DNA of 64,000 nt from an uncultured Methanoregulaceae archaeon (lineage in GTDB: Archaea; Halobacteriota; Methanomicrobia; Methanomicrobiales; Methanospirillaceae), in assembly GCA_963717525.1 (NCBI GenBank), contig OY970343.1, positions 1,856,001-1,920,000 on the forward strand, read 5' to 3'. A program made the translations under genes and the position numbers. This document shows positions 57,874 through 64,000 of this stretch, one piece after another. The notes beneath the pieces were generated by a model. The model saw only the letters and a program-made list of their open reading frames with translations. It was not told the origin of the DNA and searched no databases. The first letter of the stretch is position 1, and each line of letters begins with the position of its first letter.

Positions 57874-58533
57874 ATGGAGTCAGAAGATATTCTGGATAAT
57901 ACGCTCATCTCAAAGAACCGGCTCGAGGCACTGGTAGACGGGGTCTTCGCATTTGCCATGACCCTGCTTGTGATAGGATTGAGCGTCCCTACGATCCCCA
58001 AAACTGAAGCCGCAACCGAACTGCCCGCATATATCGTTTCTATGTTTCCACAGTTTCTCAGCTTCCTGATCGCGTTTTTTATCCTTGCCAGTTTGTGGAT
58101 CGTCCACCACGAACACTTCCATTTCCTCCGGTCGGTCAACAAGGTCGTGCTCTGGCTCAACGTCCTGATCCTGATATTCGTGGTGCTGGTGCCGTTCTCC
58201 ACCAATCTCTCCGGGACCTATTCGCATGTCCCGATCGCGCCCCTCATCTTCCATGCAAACATGCTGGTCCTCAGCTGCCTCTTCCTGGTCCAGTGGCAGT
58301 ACATCATCCGCCACCCGTCACTGCTCACCGGGCCAATCCATCCCGACCGGACACTGGATGCCGTTATGGACCGGGTCCCCATCATCCTTGCTGCGGTCGT
58401 CGGGATGGGACTTGTCATATTCAACGCACCCTTCTCCTCCATGTACATGTACATGATCTTCCCCCTCCTGATGAGAGCCGTGATGTGGTACCTCCACTCA
58501 AAGAGGGCCGGAAAGAACGGGCAGCAGGCATAA
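57874..58533 (+). CDS. TMEM175-family (DUF1211) potassium channel
   Basis: RLEALVDGVFAFAMTLLV...W..HH..F...N...LVPFST. Confidence 0.85.
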   Translation: MESEDILDNTLISKNRLEALVDGVFAFAMTLLVIGLSVPTIPKTEAATELPAYIVSMFPQFLSFLIAFFILASLWIVHHEHFHFLRSVNKVVLWLNVLILIFVVLVPFSTNLSGTYSHVPIAPLIFHANMLVLSCLFLVQWQYIIRHPSLLTGPIHPDRTLDAVMDRVPIILAAVVGMGLVIFNAPFSSMYMYMIFPLLMRAVMWYLHSKRAGKNGQQA

Positions 58534-58608
58534 TACAAGAACAGCCGGCTGTCCTTTTTTAATCCGCTGACTCATCCCTGCAGCAGACCGGAAAAATCCG
58601 TATCTCAT

Positions 58609-59616
58609 TCAAAACAGGGTTTTCTGAGAGGGGTTGAGTTTGAGGTGAGCAAGAGCCGCCGGGGTCGTCTCCCTGCCCTGAGAGGTGCGCTTCACAAACC
58701 CGATCTGGATAAGATAGGGTTCGTAGACCTCCTCGATGGTCCGGACCTCTTCCCCGACCGAGATCGCAATAGTCTTGACACCGACCGGGCCGCCGCTGAA
58801 ATCGTCCGCGATGACCGAGATGATGCGCCGGTCGATGTCATCAAGCCCCAGTTCATCGATCTGGAGCAGCGCAAGGCCATCCTGTGCAATCTCCGCGGTG
58901 ATAGTCCCATCGCCTTTCACCACCGCGTAATCCCGCACCCGGCGCAGGAGCCGGTTCCCAATCCGTGGCGTCCCCCGGCTCCGGGCTGCGATCGTTGCCG
59001 CTCCTTCAGGAGTGATAGGAATCTTAAGGATAGTCGCGCTCCTTTTCACAATCTCAATGATTTCCTCCGGGGAATACAGGTTCAGGCGTACGATGATCCC
59101 GAACCGATCCCGGAACGGCGAACTGAGAAGACCCTGCCGGGTCGTTGCCCCGATCAGCGTGAAATGCTCGAGCGTCAGCTTAATCGACCGGGCGCTGGGC
59201 CCCTCGCCGATCATGACGTCTATGAAGAAATCCTCCATCGCGGGGTACAGGATCTCTTCGACGACCGGGTTCATGCGGTGGATCTCATCGATAAAGAGCA
59301 CATCGCCTTTCTGGAGGGCAGTGACAAGGGCCGCAATATCCCCGGGTTTTTCCAGCACCGGGCCGGTCGTAGTCCGGATCGCCGCACCCATCTCGCGTGC
59401 AATGATGTGGGCGAGGGTGGTCTTCCCCAGTCCCGGTGGCCCGGCAAACAGGATATGATCGATCGGTTCGCCCCGCTGCTGTGCTGCTGCAATAGCGATC
59501 CGGAGCGCATTTTTTGCCGGCTCCTGCCCGACAAAGGCGTCAAGTGTTGCCGGCCGCAACGTGATCTCTTCGGTATCGTCCTCGACCGGTTCCGGGGTGA
59601 TGATCCGTTCGCTCAC
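58609..59616 (-). CDS. ruvB: Holliday junction branch migration helicase RuvB
   Basis: LRP, GPPGLGKTT, FIDEIHR, LYPAMED, GATTR, RGTPR and EPYLIQ. Confidence 0.96.
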   Translation of the reverse strand: MSERIITPEPVEDDTEEITLRPATLDAFVGQEPAKNALRIAIAAAQQRGEPIDHILFAGPPGLGKTTLAHIIAREMGAAIRTTTGPVLEKPGDIAALVTALQKGDVLFIDEIHRMNPVVEEILYPAMEDFFIDVMIGEGPSARSIKLTLEHFTLIGATTRQGLLSSPFRDRFGIIVRLNLYSPEEIIEIVKRSATILKIPITPEGAATIAARSRGTPRIGNRLLRRVRDYAVVKGDGTITAEIAQDGLALLQIDELGLDDIDRRIISVIADDFSGGPVGVKTIAISVGEEVRTIEEVYEPYLIQIGFVKRTSQGRETTPAALAHLKLNPSQKTLF

Positions 59617-60218
59617 CTCCGTTCAGCCTCCTTAAGGAGCCGGAGTGCCGCCTTGATTATATCCTGGACCGACGGCGATGTAAGTCCCCGGGCTGCAGAT
59701 TTTACTGCTTCATATGATGCAGTCTCGGCAAACCCAAGCGAGACAAGGGCGCTCGCCGCATCCCTGACGGCGGCGTCCCGCTTCCCGGGCAGGGCTGGTG
59801 CCATGGCACCCTGCACTTTTTTCATCTTGTCCCTGAGTTCGAGGATCAGTCGTTGCGCGCTCTTTGGCCCGATCCCGGAGATCCGCGTAAGGCTTTTTTC
59901 ATCGCCGGACAGGATGGCAAGGACAAAATCCTCAAGGGAGATCTGGGAGAGGATATTGAGGGCTATCTGCGGGCCGATGCCCGAGACGCTGATAAGGACG
60001 GAAAAGAGTTCGAGCTCGCTCTCGTGCAGGAACCCGTACAGGGTGATCGCATCCTCGCGCACAGCCATGTACGTGTGGAGTTTCACCTTCCCGGGAGCAT
60101 GGGCAATCTCGCGTATCCCGGGCTCCGGCACGTGTACCCGGTAGCCGATACCGTTGACCTCCAGCACCACCCACCGGTCACCGGTTGCGGCCGGCGTCCC
60201 CTCCAGATACGCGATCAT
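59613..60218 (-). CDS. ruvA: Holliday junction DNA-binding protein RuvA
   Basis: VNGIGY, VREDAITLYGF, VSGIGP, GIGPKSAQRLILEL and ALVSLGF. Confidence 0.95.
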   Translation of the reverse strand: MIAYLEGTPAATGDRWVVLEVNGIGYRVHVPEPGIREIAHAPGKVKLHTYMAVREDAITLYGFLHESELELFSVLISVSGIGPQIALNILSQISLEDFVLAILSGDEKSLTRISGIGPKSAQRLILELRDKMKKVQGAMAPALPGKRDAAVRDAASALVSLGFAETASYEAVKSAARGLTSPSVQDIIKAALRLLKEAERR

Positions 60219-60222
60219 TGTA

Positions 60223-60693
60223 CTATCTCATGACGTGGATATGACATAAGGCAATCGAAAGGGCGTCCGCGGCGTCATCCGGCTGCGGCACCTCGCCGAG
60301 ATGGAGGAGCCGGGTGATCATCTGCTGCACCTGGGCCTTGTCCGCCCGGCCCGACCCGGTGACTGCCTGTTTGACCTGATTTGGCGTGTATTCGGTTACC
60401 GGGATCCCCCGCTGTTCCGCGGCAAGGAGGACGATGCCCCGGACTTCGCTGACACCCATCGCGGAGGTGATGTTTTTTGAAAAAAAGAGTTTCTCCATCG
60501 CAAGGGCATCGGGGGGGTAGCGATCGAACAGAAAGGAAAGGCCGGTGTAGATCTCGAGCAGGCGCTCTGCCGGCCGGGTTCCTGCCCGGGTCTCCATGCA
60601 ACCGTAGCAGACCGGCACCGCGGTGCCCCGGTCCACCCGGATCACACCGTAGCCGAGCCGTGCAAGCCCGGGATCAATGCCAATTATCATCAT
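60223..60693 (-). CDS. ruvC: Crossover junction endonuclease RuvC
   Basis: IGIDPG, E.LFF, EYTPNQVKQAVTGSGRADKAQV and DDAADAL. Confidence 0.96.
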   Translation of the reverse strand: MMIIGIDPGLARLGYGVIRVDRGTAVPVCYGCMETRAGTRPAERLLEIYTGLSFLFDRYPPDALAMEKLFFSKNITSAMGVSEVRGIVLLAAEQRGIPVTEYTPNQVKQAVTGSGRADKAQVQQMITRLLHLGEVPQPDDAADALSIALCHIHVMR

Positions 60694-60826
60694 GCACCCT
60701 GTCCCTCGGCACTACCACGTATTACGACACCTGCCCATAAAATCCTCTGTTTAGAAAAATCCCCGCCGGGGAACTGAGGATAAATTCTATGTAGGGGGGA
60801 GGATAATATGGGGATAGTGGTTATTC

Positions 60827-61421
60827 ATGAAAAATGTCAGACCTCCGACGTACTCGTTTCTCATCCTTGTGATCGGGCTTATTCTTATCAACTCACTGCT
60901 GGCAGGGATTTCCCTTTGGACTTTCGCATCTCATCAGCCCCTCACTTTCCACCGGTATCGCAGTGCTCTACATCGCGGCTGCGTTCATGCTGATATTCAC
61001 GCTCTGGTTTGGGATGTACGGTGCAATCGCCGCGTACGTAGGCTGTTTCTTTGGCTCTGGCCTCCTGTCCGGGATGCCGTTATCCGTTGCGATCTACTTC
61101 TCGCTTGCAGCTCTCTGGATGGTGCTCATACCGCTTGCCGCATTCCGTATGTTTGACGTGAAAGTGGGCATCGAGTCCCGTCGCGATCTTTTCCACCTCG
61201 TCCTGTTCGGGGCGATCCTCAATAATATCATCGCAGCGGCATGGGCTTCGCTTTCGCTTGCGATAGGTGGCGTCATCGGGTGGAGCAGTGTGATGTCTGC
61301 ATTCCTGCCCTGGCTGATCGGAAATGCAATTATGATCATCATCATTGCACCGCTGGTGCTCAAGCGCTACACATCCCGGGTCGAAAAATCGAAGGTCTTT
61401 GTCAGGAATTACTGGTTCTGA
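60827..61421 (+). CDS. Multi-pass membrane protein (MASE1-like; frameshift ~60955)
   Basis: Hydrophobic ORFs 60827 and 60963 join; LWFG..GAIAAY...WLIGNA. Confidence 0.6.
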
Positions 61422-61500
61422 CCTCTCCTTTTTTTATAATACCGGTCGATCCCTCCACAACCTTGAACCGTTCAGGTGAACAGATGGAAATGGGATAAGC

Positions 61501-62415
61501 ATGGAAGTTAACGGGCCGGACGTCAGGAAGTATCTCAAGAAGTTCATCTCGGAACCAAAAAAGAAGGTCCGACTGAAAAATTACGACACAGCCTGGGTGC
61601 CGCATGAAGCCCTGAAAGAGGGAGGAGAAGAGGATGTAAAGGATCTCCTCAAAGGCCTCCTGGAAAAAGACCGCAGGGAGCTTGCCGAAGCTCAGGAACT
61701 CCTTGCCGCATCCCGCCAGTACAGCATTCTGATCGTGCTCCAGGGGATGGATACGTCAGGAAAGGATGGCACGATCCGGCACGTGATGTCCGGGGTGAAT
61801 CCACAGGGCTGCGAGGTCCATTCGTTCAAGGTGCCCGGAACCGAGGATCATGCACACGATTTTTTGTGGAGATATGAAAAAGTGCTGCCTGAGCGCGGGA
61901 TGATCGGCATCTTCAACCGCTCCTATTACGAGGACGTGCTCGTCGTCCATGTGCATCCTGATCGCATGGAGGAACTTCCCGAGACAATCGGGCCGGATGC
62001 AAAAGGGTTCTGGGAGGGGCGGTACAAGGATATCAACGCCCTGGAAAGGCACCTTGTCCGGAACGGCACGATCGTCCTGAAATTCTTTCTCCACATCTCA
62101 AAGGACGAACAAAAACGCCGGTTACTCGACAGGCTCAGCAACAAGGAGAAGTACTGGAAGTTCTCTGTCACCGATATCGCAGAGCGGCAGTACTGGGACG
62201 AGTACATGGACGCGTATGAGGAGATGCTGGCCGCGACTTCGACTGCGTATGCCCCGTGGTTCATCGTACCCGCGGACCATAAGTGGATGGCCCGCACCTT
62301 TGTCGCCGAGGCTGTCACGTCGGCCATAGAAGGGCTTCACCTCACCTATCCTGAGTTTTCCAAAGACCAGCTCCGGCATTTGAAGGAGGCAAAGGAGACC
62401 CTGGAACGGGAATAA
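61501..62415 (+). CDS. ppk2: Polyphosphate kinase 2 (class III-like)
   Basis: QGMDTSGKDG Walker A, FNRSYYEDVL, KFFLHISKDEQ and PWFIVPADHK. Confidence 0.92.
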   Translation: MEVNGPDVRKYLKKFISEPKKKVRLKNYDTAWVPHEALKEGGEEDVKDLLKGLLEKDRRELAEAQELLAASRQYSILIVLQGMDTSGKDGTIRHVMSGVNPQGCEVHSFKVPGTEDHAHDFLWRYEKVLPERGMIGIFNRSYYEDVLVVHVHPDRMEELPETIGPDAKGFWEGRYKDINALERHLVRNGTIVLKFFLHISKDEQKRRLLDRLSNKEKYWKFSVTDIAERQYWDEYMDAYEEMLAATSTAYAPWFIVPADHKWMARTFVAEAVTSAIEGLHLTYPEFSKDQLRHLKEAKETLERE

Positions 62416-62930
62416 CCGGACTTACGGTATTCCCTGATCCCTCCTCCGACGAAGAGTGTTCTGGCCGGAACCGTGCCCGCAACGTTCCAGTGGAAATGGT
62501 GCCAACGCCCGACAATATTTTTCGTATAAACGGGTATTTTTTGAAACCGGGCATTTAAAACAGGAAAAAACCGTGCAATTTAGAAGCGTTTCTTTCGCCG
62601 CGGAAACGGGGAAGAACAAATGGTCATGCCGGGCTCCCGGATGGCAGGAAATGCGTCTGGAGACGAAAATAAAAAGGGATCCTGTACCGGGCAAAAAACG
62701 GACCTTTTTCCCGAAAAAGTGAGGGATCCACCCTCCAGATATTCCCATGAGGCACGGTGGGGTATCTGTGTGAAGGGGGATGCCCATGTGTCACCCCCGA
62801 TCCCTCCTCCGGGCCTGCCTGTACCAGGATCCGGGGTCGGTCGCCCGGGCAACAATAAACGGCAGGCAGGACCAGGGATACGGCAAAGATAATATCGTTC
62901 CCACAAGGATTCTTGATCAGGTGCGGGTGT

Positions 62931-64000
62931 ATGGCACGACAGGGATCTTCCGGAACAGCGGTGTATCGTCCGGTAAAACTGGACAGGGCCGGCCTTGCAG
63001 CGGCAGCCTTTGGCAGGTTCCGGAAAGAATTCCCGGCACTGTTCAAGGAGGCCAGCGCATACCAGCTCTCACGGGCAGAAGAGGATCTGGGGGATCATAT
63101 CGATGCGCTGCAGGAATCCCTTGCTACCGGCAGACCGGCCCTGTTTATTGATTATGTCCGGCGGGCCTGCATTTTTTTTATCTCCCGTCACCTCCCACCC
63201 CGGTATGTGCCGGACGGTCTCCGTGTACTGCGCGAGGTCGCGAAAGAGAGCCTGGCCGGCGATCTTCGCGACAGCGCTGATAAGATCCTGGGAAAGGGCA
63301 TTGCCGAAGCAAATGGTGTCCCGGCCGCACTGCCGTCATGCATCGATGACGCGGAGCCGCTGGCGGCCGTTGCCCGTACATACATTGAGGCCCTGATAGG
63401 GGCAGATAGCAAAAAGGCCGAAAAGATCATCGCAGACGCAGCAGCATCCGGTGTTCCGGTTAAGGACATCTATCTTCACGTCTTTGTCCCGGTACTACAG
63501 GAGACAGGGAGGCGCTGGCTTATACAGGAGTTGAGTGTCGCAGAAGAGCATTACATCACGGCATCTGTAGGGGCCTTGATTACACGCCTTCACGATCGTT
63601 TTATCGCAGATAATCGTCGCAGAGCACAGAGAGGGAAGACCGTCGTCGTGGCATCGGTCGAGCGCGACCTCCACGAGATTGGGATCCGTATGGTCGCGGA
63701 CTTTTTCGAGATGGACAGGTGGGACACGTATTATATCGGGCCCAACACGCCGGCATTAAGCCTGCTGCGCGCAGCACGGGACCGGAAAGCCGACGTCATT
63801 GCCATATCCTGCACGATGCCCTCTTTTCTCCCGGCGGTCCATTACCTGATCCGGTCTTTACGGGCAGACTCCGGCACGGCGCAGGCAAAGATCATCGTGG
63901 GGGGGCATCCTTTCAGGGTGGATCCCGGACTCTGGAAACAGCTCGGGGCAGATGCCTGTGCAAAGGATGCAGCAGACGCAGTCGCTGCTGCACACCGGCT
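62931..64000 (+). CDS. Cobalamin-binding (B12-binding cap plus Rossmann) protein with N-terminal helical domain, 3'-partial
   Basis: Manual translation open from ATG 62931 to the window end: GRRWLIQELSVAEEH, DLHEIGIRMVADFFEMDRWDT.YIG.NTP, AISCTM, KIIVGG.PF and LGAD. Confidence 0.85.
   Translation, partial: MARQGSSGTAVYRPVKLDRAGLAAAAFGRFRKEFPALFKEASAYQLSRAEEDLGDHIDALQESLATGRPALFIDYVRRACIFFISRHLPPRYVPDGLRVLREVAKESLAGDLRDSADKILGKGIAEANGVPAALPSCIDDAEPLAAVARTYIEALIGADSKKAEKIIADAAASGVPVKDIYLHVFVPVLQETGRRWLIQELSVAEEHYITASVGALITRLHDRFIADNRRRAQRGKTVVVASVERDLHEIGIRMVADFFEMDRWDTYYIGPNTPALSLLRAARDRKADVIAISCTMPSFLPAVHYLIRSLRADSGTAQAKIIVGGHPFRVDPGLWKQLGADACAKDAADAVAAAHR

Overview
Archaeal chromosome segment, most consistent with a Methanomicrobiales (Methanoregula-like) methanogen. 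The taxonomy is inferred from gene content: cofD, PolD large subunit with a Gln-terminal mini-intein, thermosome, aIF-1A and the archaeal mevalonate pathway. Contents: RPA operon; ribB/rbkR divergent from an HTH-HMG-CoA synthase-thiolase-DUF35 operon; a MarR-LonA unit with two matching palindromic operators; aIF-1A, thermosome, trm5, hmgA, rimI, DUF1015 and hisG; an AT-richer cluster of five pilin-like genes plus a ~1070-aa Ig/vWA adhesin; a truncated second aIF-1A next to tRNA-Leu(CAA); polC; a complete A/V-type ATP synthase set split into two convergent blocks, flanked by a DUF1646 transporter and a divergent pair of unknown paralogues; ubiX-ubiD-acnX; HD hydrolase, cofD, TMEM175, bacterial-type ruvCAB, PPK2, and a CarH-motif cobalamin-binding protein running off the end. 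About 16 genes, including essential polC, carry small frameshifts that look like long-read errors. No CRISPR array, rRNA, transposase or integrase was seen. Best leads: the rearranged ATP synthase module and its accessory genes, REP-like GC hairpin elements between convergent genes, the pilin/adhesin locus, the MarR-Lon operators, an uncalled 55-aa zinc-finger gene and the mini aIF-1A.
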